A stretch of DNA of 64,000 nt from an uncultured Flavobacteriales bacterium (GCA_965656785.1 CBFHLY010000014.1:12619-76618), one strand, 5' to 3'; shown: positions 28,701 to 38,473, numbered from the stretch's first letter. A program made the numbers and translations. The notes: generated from the sequence alone by a model not told the origin.

Positions 28701-29699
28701 ATGAACATCATCGTCCCCATGGCCGGCCGAGGCAGCCGGTTGCGCCCCCACACCTTGACCGTCCCCAAACCGCTCATTCCGGTGGCCGGCAAGCCCATCG
28801 TGGAGCGGCTCGTGGAAGACATCGTGGCCCGGAGCGGCGAACCCGTGGAGGAGATTGCGTTCGTCATCGGCGACTTTGGGGCGGAAGCGGAGGCGCAGTT
28901 GCTGGCGGTGGCGGAACGGCTAGGGGCGAAGGGCCGGATTTGTTACCAGCGCGAACCACTGGGGACGGCGCACGCGATTTTATGCGGGCGCGAGTGCCTG
29001 AACGGGCCGGTCGTGGTGGCGTTTGCGGACACGTTGTTCCGGGCGGACTTCACCATCGACCCGTCGGCGGATGGCGTGCTGTTCGTACAGCGCATCGAGG
29101 ACCCGAGTGCCTTCGGCGTGGTGGTGACCGATGAGGAAGGGGCGATCGTGGATTACGTGGAAAAGCCAACGGAATGGGTGGGTGATTTGGCCATGATCGG
29201 CATTTACGCGTTCAAAGACGGCGAACGGCTCGAGCGCGAACTGCAGCGGCTCATCGACGAGGACGTGCGCCACGGCGGCGAATACCAACTGCCCGACGCG
29301 CTCCGCAACATGACGAACGCAGGGCTGCGCTTCCTGCCCGGCGAGGTCAGCGAGTGGATGGATTGCGGGAACAAGCCCGTGACGGTCGAAACGAACCGCC
29401 GCATCCTTGAACTCACGGAAAGCCACGCGGACCCGACCGCGGTGACCACCGACAGCGTCATCCTCCATCCGGTGTTCATCGGGGCGGGGGCGCGCATTGA
29501 ACGCTCGGTCATCGGACCGCACGTGAGCATCGGAGCGGGCACGGTTGTTGCGGACAGCCGCATCGACAACGCCCTCATTCAAGACCACAGCACCATCGAA
29601 AACGCCCGGCTTTCCGGCGCGATGATCGGCAGCCATGCCCGCGTGGACGGCGGGGTGCGCGATGTGAGTTTGGGGGATTATTCGACGATTCAGGGATGA
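28701..29699 (+). CDS. sugar-phosphate nucleotidyltransferase with C-terminal left-handed beta-helix
   Basis: 332 aa. The N-terminus is IVPMAGRGSRLRPHTLTVPKPLIPVAGKP. The C-terminus carries hexapeptide-like repeats (IGAGARIERSVIGPHVSIGAGTVV). Confidence 0.8.
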   Translation: MNIIVPMAGRGSRLRPHTLTVPKPLIPVAGKPIVERLVEDIVARSGEPVEEIAFVIGDFGAEAEAQLLAVAERLGAKGRICYQREPLGTAHAILCGRECLNGPVVVAFADTLFRADFTIDPSADGVLFVQRIEDPSAFGVVVTDEEGAIVDYVEKPTEWVGDLAMIGIYAFKDGERLERELQRLIDEDVRHGGEYQLPDALRNMTNAGLRFLPGEVSEWMDCGNKPVTVETNRRILELTESHADPTAVTTDSVILHPVFIGAGARIERSVIGPHVSIGAGTVVADSRIDNALIQDHSTIENARLSGAMIGSHARVDGGVRDVSLGDYSTIQG

Positions 29700-31396
29700 A
29701 ATTGAATGCGGGTTGGTTGATGGCGATTGCGCTGTTGGCGTGGGGTTGCGGCGGGAGCCGGGACTTGGCGGAGTTGCCGCCGTACCCGGAGGCATTCCAG
29801 CGCGCGTGGTTTGATGCGCAGCGCGATTTGGCCAAAGGCGATGCCGAAGCGGCCTACAGCGAGCTGTCGAGCTGCGCATTGCTCGAGCCCGAAGAGCCGG
29901 CGATTCCGTTCCAAATGGGCAAGCTGGACTACGAGGCCGAGCGGTATTCGACCGCGCTCGTGCACTTCAATCGCGCCATCGATTTGGGCTTGGAGGACCC
30001 GTGGGCTCGGCATTATCGCGCCTTGACGTTGCTGGCGTTGGGCGACGAAAAGGGGGCGCAAAAGGACGTCATCGGTTTGGTGGAGGCGCGGCGGGGCGAC
30101 ATCGACTACGCACTGGATTGGGTGGAGCGGTGCACGGGGAAGGGAGCGCGGAATTTGGCCGTGGCGGTGTGCGACGCGTTCGAAGCAGCAGCAGCGTCTG
30201 ACCCCGAGATCTCGCAGGAACGGCTGAGCATCCTGAGCGCGACGGCGACGCCCGAACGCATTCGGAAGGAACTCGAACGGATGGTGTCCACTTTTCCCGA
30301 CATCGTGGAGTTCCGCGTGTACTACGCCTCCTTCCTCGAAGAGCAAGGAGACCCTTACGCCGCCTTCGACGTGCTGAAAGCTGCCGAGGCCATCGACCCA
30401 TACAACGGGCGCGTCCAGTATGCGTTGGGCATGTGGTACGTGGACCAACACAACGACAAGCTGCTGGTGGAGCACTTCACGCGGGCATTCGCATCGGACG
30501 ACGTGACGTTGAGCGAGCAGCTGAATGTGCTGAGCCATTACCAGGAACGGCTGTACAGCCCGGTGATTTCGGCCCCGTTGCGGCCGTTGCTCAAAGCCGC
30601 TTTGGAAGCGAACGGTCGGGAGGCAGCGTTGTACTTGCTCGCGGCGGAAGTGGCCGTGGCGGACGACGATTTGGAGACGGCTCGATCGTACACCCGACAA
30701 GCCGTGGACATGCAGCCGCATCGGGTGGAGGCGTGGCGGCGGCTTGTGTCGTTCGATGCGGTGATGGGGGATTGGGAGGGCTTGGAGCGGGATGCCGAGG
30801 CGGCCGTGAAGCGGTTTCCTGTGGACCCCGAGCTGCTTTTGCATGCGGGCATGGCTGCGAAAGCGCTCGGGCATGCGGACGTGGCGGTGGAGCGGTGTTT
30901 GGAGGCGCAGGCGAATTTGGTGTTCCACAACCCGGACTTGAGGTTTCGGATTCATTTGAACTTGGGCGACGCGCTGAATGCGGCGGGGCGGCCGTTGGAA
31001 GCTGCGAAGACGTACGATGTGCTGCTGGAAATGGCGCCCAACGATGCCACGATTTGGAACAACCAGGCCTGGTATTTTGCGCAAGCCGGGGCGGAATTGG
31101 ACCGCGCCTTGACGGCGATCCAGCGCGCGGTTGAAATCGAACCTGGCGTGGCCATCTTCGAGGATACGTATGCTTGGGTGCTGCACATGCGCGGTGAACA
31201 TGCGGGGGCGGTGGAGTGGATGGAGCGTGCGTTGGAATCGGACTCGAATGGCGGCAGTGCCGGAATGTGGGAAAACGCCGGGGACATTTACCGGGCCGCG
31301 GGGGATGAAGCGAAGGCGCGTGAAGCGTACGAACGGGCGTTGGAGCGCGGGGCGGAGGCCGAGCGGATTCAACGCAAAATGAACGGCGCGTCATGA
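29696..31396 (+). CDS. TPR-repeat lipoprotein
   Basis: 566 aa with lipobox LLAWGC and many TPR-like A/Y/L heptads (e.g. AGDEAKAREAYERALE). ATGA overlap upstream. Confidence 0.8.
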   Translation: MKLNAGWLMAIALLAWGCGGSRDLAELPPYPEAFQRAWFDAQRDLAKGDAEAAYSELSSCALLEPEEPAIPFQMGKLDYEAERYSTALVHFNRAIDLGLEDPWARHYRALTLLALGDEKGAQKDVIGLVEARRGDIDYALDWVERCTGKGARNLAVAVCDAFEAAAASDPEISQERLSILSATATPERIRKELERMVSTFPDIVEFRVYYASFLEEQGDPYAAFDVLKAAEAIDPYNGRVQYALGMWYVDQHNDKLLVEHFTRAFASDDVTLSEQLNVLSHYQERLYSPVISAPLRPLLKAALEANGREAALYLLAAEVAVADDDLETARSYTRQAVDMQPHRVEAWRRLVSFDAVMGDWEGLERDAEAAVKRFPVDPELLLHAGMAAKALGHADVAVERCLEAQANLVFHNPDLRFRIHLNLGDALNAAGRPLEAAKTYDVLLEMAPNDATIWNNQAWYFAQAGAELDRALTAIQRAVEIEPGVAIFEDTYAWVLHMRGEHAGAVEWMERALESDSNGGSAGMWENAGDIYRAAGDEAKAREAYERALERGAEAERIQRKMNGAS

Positions 31397-32292
31397 TGCG
31401 ATGGGCGGCGCTCGTGTTGGTGGTGGTTGCGGCGGCGGGGTGCTCGAATGCCCGGCGTTTGGCAAATGGCAAGCCGCTGAAGAACCAAAGCCCGAACGCC
31501 ATCCTGACGCAGTACGGCGCCACGGCGATGGAGTGGGATTGGCTGGCGATGAAGCTGGATGCGGAGGTGGAATCGGAGCAACGGGACGGGTCGTTCAGCG
31601 CGACGGTGCGGATGGCGCGGGACAGCGTGATTTGGGTCAGCATCAGCCCCGCCCTCGGGGTGGAAGTCGCGCGGTTGAAGCTCACGCCCGATAGTGCTTT
31701 CCTCATCAGCAAGGTGCCGAACAACCGCTTTCACTACGCCGGGGATTACGCCGCGGTGTCGGATTGGCTCGATACGCCCATCGGGTTCAGCGATTTGCAG
31801 GACGTGCTGGTGGGGCGGCCGATGGGGTTGGATTTGGCCAATGACAAGTTCATCAGCCGCATCGACGGACGCGAGTACGTGCTGATTTCCAAGTACAAAC
31901 GCCGCACGAAACGCGTCATCGGCCTCGACGACAAGGACCTCGCCCCGGACGATTCCCTGACCATTCAGCTCAACGACCGCGCCTATGAACGCGTGCGCGA
32001 ACGGGCGGACGAAGACGACCTGCTCGTGAAGCGGCACTGGTTCGATGGCCTGAGCTTCGACCCCGTGCGCGATGTGTTCGATGACCTGTATTACCAGCGG
32101 TTCGTGACCATCACGCGGAGCGATTTCAACACCACGGACGGCGGGCGGTTGCCCGGCCAAATCGAAGTCCTCATCGAAACCCCGCAAGGCGTGTTCACCG
32201 TTCGGCTCGACGTCGGCCGGACCCGCCTCAACAAGGCGTACGATTTCCCCTTCGAAGTCCCCGATGAACTCGAGCGCCGTGATTCGTTCTAA
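31393..32292 (+). CDS. DUF4292-like (LolB-fold) lipoprotein
   Basis: 299 aa with lipobox VAAAGC. Its position between the TPR and M23 genes matches the conserved Bacteroidota arrangement. The family name is from memory of that synteny, not from a search. Confidence 0.55.
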   Translation: MMRWAALVLVVVAAAGCSNARRLANGKPLKNQSPNAILTQYGATAMEWDWLAMKLDAEVESEQRDGSFSATVRMARDSVIWVSISPALGVEVARLKLTPDSAFLISKVPNNRFHYAGDYAAVSDWLDTPIGFSDLQDVLVGRPMGLDLANDKFISRIDGREYVLISKYKRRTKRVIGLDDKDLAPDDSLTIQLNDRAYERVRERADEDDLLVKRHWFDGLSFDPVRDVFDDLYYQRFVTITRSDFNTTDGGRLPGQIEVLIETPQGVFTVRLDVGRTRLNKAYDFPFEVPDELERRDSF

Positions 32293-33481
32293 GCTGATTT
32301 TGTTCGGGATGTTGCTCGCGTTGGCGGGTCAAGGTTTGGCCCAAAGCAAAGCAGATCTGCAACGCCAGCGCGACGAAATCGCCGCTCAACTCGCGAACAC
32401 CGAACGGCTCCTCGGTCAAGCCCGCGAAAACAGATCCAACGCCGTCTCCGAGCTGCAACTCGTCGACCAAGTCATCGCAAAACGGGAAGCCCTCATTCGC
32501 AAATACCGCGAAGCGTTGCGCCAAAACGAGCGCGCGCTGAACGGCACCGACAGCGAAATTCGGTCACTCGAGGGCCACATCGCCGCCCTGCGCGATGAAT
32601 ATGCCCGCATGGTGCAACAGGCCTACCGCATGAAGCTCGCAGAAAACCCCATGCTCTACCTCTTTGCCGCCGAATCCTTCAGCCAAGCGGTCCTGCGTTT
32701 CCAGTTGCTTCAATCCTACGCGGAATTGCGCAAAGCCCAAGTCACGGAGATTCAATCCGCTCAGGAAGACCTCACGGCCAAACGCACCACGCTCGAAGAA
32801 GAGCGCCGAACAACCCAACAACTGCTCGACGGCATCGCGGCGGAACGGGAGCAGCTGAATGCGGACCGGGCCGAGCGGGAGCGCATCGTCAAGTCCTTGA
32901 AAAGCGAGGAAGAACGGCTTCGCCGAGAACAGCGCCAAGCCGCCGCGGAACGCGATCGCCTGAACGCCGAAATCCGGCGGCTCATCGAAGCCGAACTCGC
33001 CGCAGAACGCGCCTCCTCCGCGGGCGAATACGCGCTGACGCCCGCGGGCAAAATCGTTTCTGAAGCCTTCGAGCGGAACAAATCGACCTTACCCTGGCCC
33101 GTGATGCGCGGGGTGATGACGGGGCGGTTTGGCCGGCAAAACCACCCCACCCTTCCTGGCATCACCATCGACAACAACGGCATCGACATCACCACCGATG
33201 CGGGCGCTCCGGCCACGGCGATCTTCGACGGCCGCGTAACCAGCGTGTTCGACATTCCCGGATCGGGCGCCACCATCATCGTTTCGCACGGAGCCTACCG
33301 GACCGTTTACAGCAACCTCACCGAAGTCACCGTTTCGAAGGGGCAAGAAATCACCCGCGGCTCCACACTGGGCAAGGTGCGTTCGGTGGGCGGATCGAGC
33401 GTCTTGCACTTCGAGGTTTGGAAAATCCAAGGGAACGAAAAATCCCCCGTTGACCCTTCGGCGTGGCTCGTCCGCGGTTGA
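32264..33481 (+). CDS. EnvC-like murein hydrolase activator (coiled coil + M23 peptidase domain)
   Basis: 405 aa. Long coiled coil, then the M23 pattern GIDITTDAGAPATAIFDGRVTSV...IIVSHGAYRTVYSNL...VLHFEVWK. An alternative start lies at 32309. Confidence 0.85.
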   Translation: MNSSAVIRSKLILFGMLLALAGQGLAQSKADLQRQRDEIAAQLANTERLLGQARENRSNAVSELQLVDQVIAKREALIRKYREALRQNERALNGTDSEIRSLEGHIAALRDEYARMVQQAYRMKLAENPMLYLFAAESFSQAVLRFQLLQSYAELRKAQVTEIQSAQEDLTAKRTTLEEERRTTQQLLDGIAAEREQLNADRAERERIVKSLKSEEERLRREQRQAAAERDRLNAEIRRLIEAELAAERASSAGEYALTPAGKIVSEAFERNKSTLPWPVMRGVMTGRFGRQNHPTLPGITIDNNGIDITTDAGAPATAIFDGRVTSVFDIPGSGATIIVSHGAYRTVYSNLTEVTVSKGQEITRGSTLGKVRSVGGSSVLHFEVWKIQGNEKSPVDPSAWLVRG

Positions 33482-33537
33482 TTCCCCCATTTGCGGTATT
33501 GCCCTCCCTCCCATTCGAAACGAACTTGTGGCCTCCC

Positions 33538-35601
33538 ATGAAATACGCGCTCGTCGGAAACCCCAATTGCGGCAAAACCACGCTGTTCAACCGCCTGACC
33601 GGATCCCGCGGAAAGGTCGGCAACATGCCGGGTGTGACGGTTTCGTCCAGCTCCGCGACGATCCGATTCGATGCTTCCGACGCGCTCATCGACCTGCCCG
33701 GAACCTACAGCCTGCACGCCACGGCTCCCGACGAGCAAGTCACCCAAAACGTGCTGCTCAACCCCGCGCACCCCGAGCGACCGGACGCCGTGCTCGCCGT
33801 GGTGGACGGTGCACAGCTCCGCAGCGGGCTGTTCCTCGTGCACCAGGTCATGGAGTGGGGATTTCCGACCTTGCTCGTCATCAACCGAACGAACGACGCC
33901 CGTTTCGATTCACAGGCCTTGGCTCGCGGATTGGGGATTCCGGTGTTGGTGACGGATGCGTTGAATGGCGATGCGCGGGCGTTTTGGAACGACGTGAAGG
34001 CCACTGCTCCCGGCGTGGCGCGGCTTGCTCCCGTGGGGGGTGGGCCGATCCAAGGCTGGGCCGAAGCGGTGCAGCGGGTGTGCACGGTGGTGGGCTTGGA
34101 CGCCGCGCGCGCGGGCTTCCTGTTGCGGCGGAGCGACGTGCCGACGTGGATGTCCCGTGAAGGCCAAACCGTGATCCACGAAGCCCGCAACCTGCTGCTC
34201 AACGAAGACGGCAGCCCCGCCTCCCCCGCCGCCCTGCAATTGCATGAAGTCGGCGCCCGCATGGCCCTTCTTCGTCCGCTCGTCCCGGACACGCCCCAAC
34301 AGACCGATGCGCAGGCAGCTTCCCGTACCACCCGCGTGGACGCCATCCTGACCCATCCCGTTTGGGGCCACGCCATCGTCGCGCTGGTGTTCTTCGGCAT
34401 TTTCCAAGCCGTTTACGCGTGGGCCGCTTGGCCGATGGACGCCGTCGACGCCCTGTTCTCGCGGGGAATGCAATGGGCGGGGGAACGCCTGCCGGACACG
34501 TGGTGGCGCAGCTTGTTGGTGGACGGCTTGTTCGCAGGCATTGCGGGCATCGTCGTGTTTGTGCCCCAAATCATGATCCTCTTCGGCCTCACAGCCATCC
34601 TCGAATCGACGGGTTACATGGCACGCGTGGGCTTCCTCGGCGACCGCTTCTTGCAACGGCTTGGACTGACCGGGCGATCCCTCGTTCCCCTCGTCAGCGG
34701 CATGGCCTGCGCGGTTCCCGCGGTGTTGGCTGCCCGTTCCATTCCCGGCAAGCGAGAGCGGCTGCTGACGATCCTTGTCACTCCGCTGATGACGTGCAGC
34801 GCGCGCCTTCCCGTCTACGCTTTCCTCATTGCGTTCATCGTACCGGACCAAACCGTAGCCGGAATCTTCAACCTGCAAGGCCTGTTCCTCTTCAGCTTGT
34901 ACGTCGTGAGTTCATTGGCCGCGCTCGCCTTGGCCGCACTGCTGCACCGCACCCTGCCGAAACGCAATGAAGGCGGATTCACCTTGGAATGGCCGGTCTA
35001 CCGCTGGCCACAATGGACCTCGGTCCTGCGCGAAATGGTGAGCAAGGGCTGGACCTTCGTTCACTCCGCTGGCCGCGTCATCCTCGTCGTTTCCCTCGTT
35101 CTTTGGGTGCTGGGGCGCTTCGGTCCATCGGAAGAAATGGCCGCTGCGCGCGCCGTTGAAGGCACCCCAGCGGAGCAGGAAGCGGCGTTGATGGAAGCGT
35201 CTTGGATGGGCCAAATCGGTGCCTTCATCGAACCCGCCGTTCGCCCCCTCGGCTACGACGGCCGCCTCGGCATCGCCATCCTGACTTCATTCGCCGCCCG
35301 CGAAGTCTTCGTCGGCACCCTTAGCACGCTCTACCCCACGCCCGGAAGCGAATACGGCAGCATCACGGCCCTGCAATCCCGGCTGTCCACCGAAGTCCAC
35401 CCCCGAACCGGCAAGCCCCTGCTGAACGTCGCTTCCGCGGCCTCCCTGATCGTCTTCTACCTCTTCGCGATGCAATGCATGAGCACGGTGGCCATCGTTC
35501 AACGGGAATTGAAATCGTGGACCTGGGCGCTGGGACAGGCCATCGGCTTTTCGGCTTTTGCGTACTTCGCTGCGTTCGTTGTTTACCAGCTCCTCAGCTG
35601 A
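33538..35601 (+). CDS. feoB: ferrous iron transporter FeoB
   Basis: The start is MKYALVGNPNCGKTTLFNRLTG (G-domain P-loop; ATG 33538, while the ORF track starts at 33463). A polytopic membrane domain follows. Confidence 0.92.
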   Translation: MKYALVGNPNCGKTTLFNRLTGSRGKVGNMPGVTVSSSSATIRFDASDALIDLPGTYSLHATAPDEQVTQNVLLNPAHPERPDAVLAVVDGAQLRSGLFLVHQVMEWGFPTLLVINRTNDARFDSQALARGLGIPVLVTDALNGDARAFWNDVKATAPGVARLAPVGGGPIQGWAEAVQRVCTVVGLDAARAGFLLRRSDVPTWMSREGQTVIHEARNLLLNEDGSPASPAALQLHEVGARMALLRPLVPDTPQQTDAQAASRTTRVDAILTHPVWGHAIVALVFFGIFQAVYAWAAWPMDAVDALFSRGMQWAGERLPDTWWRSLLVDGLFAGIAGIVVFVPQIMILFGLTAILESTGYMARVGFLGDRFLQRLGLTGRSLVPLVSGMACAVPAVLAARSIPGKRERLLTILVTPLMTCSARLPVYAFLIAFIVPDQTVAGIFNLQGLFLFSLYVVSSLAALALAALLHRTLPKRNEGGFTLEWPVYRWPQWTSVLREMVSKGWTFVHSAGRVILVVSLVLWVLGRFGPSEEMAAARAVEGTPAEQEAALMEASWMGQIGAFIEPAVRPLGYDGRLGIAILTSFAAREVFVGTLSTLYPTPGSEYGSITALQSRLSTEVHPRTGKPLLNVASAASLIVFYLFAMQCMSTVAIVQRELKSWTWALGQAIGFSAFAYFAAFVVYQLLS

Positions 35602-35914
35602 CACGGGTCACCGAAGCGACCACCGGTTCTGCGCGTTCGACCACATCAACACCACCGACCCGAACCCAAAGCTCGTTGGCCGCTTCTCGGCGCAACGCGA
35701 GTTTCCTGCCGCAAGAAAAAATCGCCATCGGACCTCGCCCTGGTGTGATGTGTGCCACTTCCACCCGCTCACCGATTCCACAGCCCATCTCAATCAAGGC
35801 CAACACCATTTCTGGACGATTCACCCGCTCTATGGTGCCGTGTTGCATCGGCTTCATCTCGCTCAAGCGCACTAACATGGTCCAAAAATAGGACCGATTC
35901 CCTGTCCGGGACAT
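35594..35914 (-). CDS. feoA: FeoA-domain protein
   Basis: 106 aa, or 94 aa if it starts at MLVRLSEMKP (35878). The SH3-like FeoA pattern is LSEMKPMQHGTIERV...LIEMGCGIGERVEVAHITPGRGPMAIFSCGRKLALRREAANELWV. Confidence 0.75.
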   Translation of the reverse strand: MSRTGNRSYFWTMLVRLSEMKPMQHGTIERVNRPEMVLALIEMGCGIGERVEVAHITPGRGPMAIFSCGRKLALRREAANELWVRVGGVDVVERAEPVVASVTRVS

Positions 35915-36085
35915 CGCGCAAATCAGGTATTTCCGGTATCATCTTCCGCTCGATGATATCCGAAATCAGTTGAAATCATGGATGAAAAAGTGCCAATCAT
36001 GAGGCGGCACAAAATTTATCCTATATCTGTTTGAGTTTTGACTTATTTTAGTTTGTCGCTTTTATCTCCGCTTTCGACTACCACA

Positions 36086-38473
36086 ATGCAGCTTTTCAAC
36101 ACCACTCGATTCGCAACGTCCGTTTGCATTTTATTCTCGGCACTTGGCTTTTCTACCACTTTTTGGGCCCAACCATCCAGCGGTCCCGTGCCTGGAGAGG
36201 TCTACGTTACTTGTTCCTCGGTTGGGAATCCATTGGACCCCAATAACGACGGATACATCACAACGTCTGGAGTCGCCTTTTCTGCAGCCCTTACCGACGA
36301 AAGTGAAGAGTTCGAAGGGGAAGGGTGGAATGTGATTTGGCACAAGGACGCTGAACCTACGAACGACGTCGAAACTGGAGGCAGTTGCGGAGCCACTGAA
36401 ATCGTGGACAATCCGAACACAAACCAACATGCCGCCTACTTCCGGATTGTCGACCCCGACAGCGATCCGACGAACCGCAACGAGCAGCTCATCATCCGGA
36501 TTCGCATTGCACAAAACCCAACGGGCGCTTACGGGTACTCTGTACTCATCGACACCGATGAGAAAATCGGAGCCGCGGATCCCAATGCGGTGTCGGGCAA
36601 TCCAGGCTTCGAATTGGAAGCCATTTGGGCCTCTGGCGGAGGCAATTCCGGTGTGAGCTTAGTGAACGTCGATGGAACGACCAATGGAACTGAATTGGCA
36701 CACTACAACCAAGGGGTTCACAATCAACGATCCTACGCGAAGTACACGAATTGCCCTGGGGATGACCCCGTCTTCATCGATTACTATGTCGAGTTGAGCA
36801 CGTTCCCTGCAGGAGTCACCGCTTCATCGCCTTTGCGCCTTGTTTTCGCTACGGCCTCGTCTCCCAGTTCGGCGCTCGGGGGCTCAGCGAGCGACATCGG
36901 AGGCCTCAATGACCTCACAAATGCCGACGACGATGCGGCCTTCACAACCCTGATCGAGGGCACTCCAATAGCTTCGTTGTCAACAGGTTACTTGCCAGCC
37001 GCCGATTGCATGGACGCCACTGCCTGCAACTATGACGCGAGCGCCACCACGAATTCGGGCTGCCAATACCCGACCACTTGGTACGCCGACGCTGATGGAG
37101 ACGGAGCGGGCGATCCCAACACCACCCAGTCTGCTTGCACCCAACCCGCAGGATATGTCGATGTAGCAGGCGATACCTGCCCGACCGACGTCAACAAAAC
37201 CGCGCCCGGAGCTTGCGGATGCGGAACCGCGGACACCGATGCCGATGCCGACGGAATTGCCGACTGCAACGACAACTGCACCGACACCGACGCTTGCAAC
37301 TTCGACGATGCCGGAAATGGATCCTGCACCTTTGCAACCACCTGGTACGCCGACACCGACAACGACGGCGCTGGGGATGCGGCCACGACCCAGTCCGCTT
37401 GCACGCAGCCCGCTGGCTACGTTGCCGTAGCGGGCGATACCTGCCCGACCGACGTCAACAAAACCGCGCCCGGAGCTTGCGGATGCGGAACCGCGGACAC
37501 CGATGCCGATGCCGACGGAATTGCCGACTGCAACGACAACTGCACCGACACCGACGCTTGCAACTTCGACGATGCCGGCAATGCATCCTGCACCTTCGCC
37601 ACAACCTGGTACGCCGACACCGATGGTGACGGTTTGGGCGATGCATCCGACTCCCAATCTGCATGCGTCGCACCGAATGGCTACGTCAACGATGATGCGG
37701 ATTTGTGCGACGACAACACCGCATGCAACTACGATGCCGGTACAGTTTCGAACGCCGCGTGTGAGTACCCCTCAACCTGGTATGAGGACACCGACCTGGA
37801 CGGGCTCGGTGATCCTGGCTCAAGCCAATCAGCATGCACAGCACCTGAAGGATACGTAAGCAATAACACGGACAATTGCGACGATTTGTCTGCAAGCAAC
37901 TACAGCGAAGAAAGCAACCCCAGTTGCGCATATCCACCTTCGAATTTGGAGGCCGATTTGTTCTTCTGCAATGATGCCGATGATTTCCTCATCGATCTGG
38001 ACACCCTGCACTCGTTCTCGGGAGTCACGGGTTACGTGCTGACCACTGATTTTGATGGACCCCATGCCTCAGCGACTTTGAATGGCACTGAGCTGACCAT
38101 GAGCTTCAGCGAATCCGGTGAAGGAGTGGACACCTTGGTCGTTACCGCAGCGTTGGGAGGCTCATCCGAACAAATCAAACTCCGGGTCGAAGTCGCTAGC
38201 GGCCCAAACCGATTGCCGAGCCTCGCGACCGATCCAGCCTCTTCTCCAAAAGCACCTGATGGAGCAATGATGTTCCAATTCGATCATCAATATGATCAAC
38301 CAGTGCTCATCCATTTCAGTCCTTCAGGCCAAATGCACACCGTCAACAACATGGTTGTTCTGCCCATGGGGGAATACCACCTCATTGGCTACACGAATGC
38401 CAAAGGATGTCATTCGACTGAACCGGTTCCGTTGCGTGTGGTCATCCCGTGTGTGCGTTGCGAACATGATTGA
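36086..38473 (+). CDS. secreted repeat protein (unknown N-terminal domain, then tandem Cys/Asp-rich calcium-binding-like modules)
   Basis: The start is MQLFNTTRFATSVCILFSALGFSTTFWAQ (signal peptide, ATG 36086). The central part repeats the modules TWYADxDGDGxGD (MopE-like metal-binding motif), CGCGTADTDADADGIADCNDNC (thrombospondin type 3-like) and CxDxxACNYD. Confidence 0.8.
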   Translation: MQLFNTTRFATSVCILFSALGFSTTFWAQPSSGPVPGEVYVTCSSVGNPLDPNNDGYITTSGVAFSAALTDESEEFEGEGWNVIWHKDAEPTNDVETGGSCGATEIVDNPNTNQHAAYFRIVDPDSDPTNRNEQLIIRIRIAQNPTGAYGYSVLIDTDEKIGAADPNAVSGNPGFELEAIWASGGGNSGVSLVNVDGTTNGTELAHYNQGVHNQRSYAKYTNCPGDDPVFIDYYVELSTFPAGVTASSPLRLVFATASSPSSALGGSASDIGGLNDLTNADDDAAFTTLIEGTPIASLSTGYLPAADCMDATACNYDASATTNSGCQYPTTWYADADGDGAGDPNTTQSACTQPAGYVDVAGDTCPTDVNKTAPGACGCGTADTDADADGIADCNDNCTDTDACNFDDAGNGSCTFATTWYADTDNDGAGDAATTQSACTQPAGYVAVAGDTCPTDVNKTAPGACGCGTADTDADADGIADCNDNCTDTDACNFDDAGNASCTFATTWYADTDGDGLGDASDSQSACVAPNGYVNDDADLCDDNTACNYDAGTVSNAACEYPSTWYEDTDLDGLGDPGSSQSACTAPEGYVSNNTDNCDDLSASNYSEESNPSCAYPPSNLEADLFFCNDADDFLIDLDTLHSFSGVTGYVLTTDFDGPHASATLNGTELTMSFSESGEGVDTLVVTAALGGSSEQIKLRVEVASGPNRLPSLATDPASSPKAPDGAMMFQFDHQYDQPVLIHFSPSGQMHTVNNMVVLPMGEYHLIGYTNAKGCHSTEPVPLRVVIPCVRCEHD
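37030..37830. repeat. intragenic tandem repeat, 264-bp period, inside the secreted repeat protein gene
   Basis: 37169..37314 is repeated exactly at 37433..37578 (146 bp identical, offset 264 bp = 88 codons). Flanking copies are progressively more diverged. Confidence 0.85.

Noticed and set aside
29690-31372. 560-aa minus-strand ORF opposite the TPR lipoprotein
   Set aside because: Shadow ORF with R/P/H/Q-rich composition. The plus-strand frame has a lipobox, TPR periodicity and ATGA coupling to both neighbours.
35978-36034. 18-codon ORF (MDEKVPIMRRHKIYPISV) in the feoA/repeat-protein intergenic region
   Set aside because: It is too short, has no supporting signal, and lies in an AT-rich promoter region where random ATG...TGA pairs are expected.
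36980-37657. 225-aa minus-strand ORF and several ~60-160-aa ORFs inside the tandem repeat
   Set aside because: They are artefacts of the repetitive GC-rich coding sequence. They repeat with the same 264-bp period and oppose a frame that has a signal peptide and calcium-binding-like modules.
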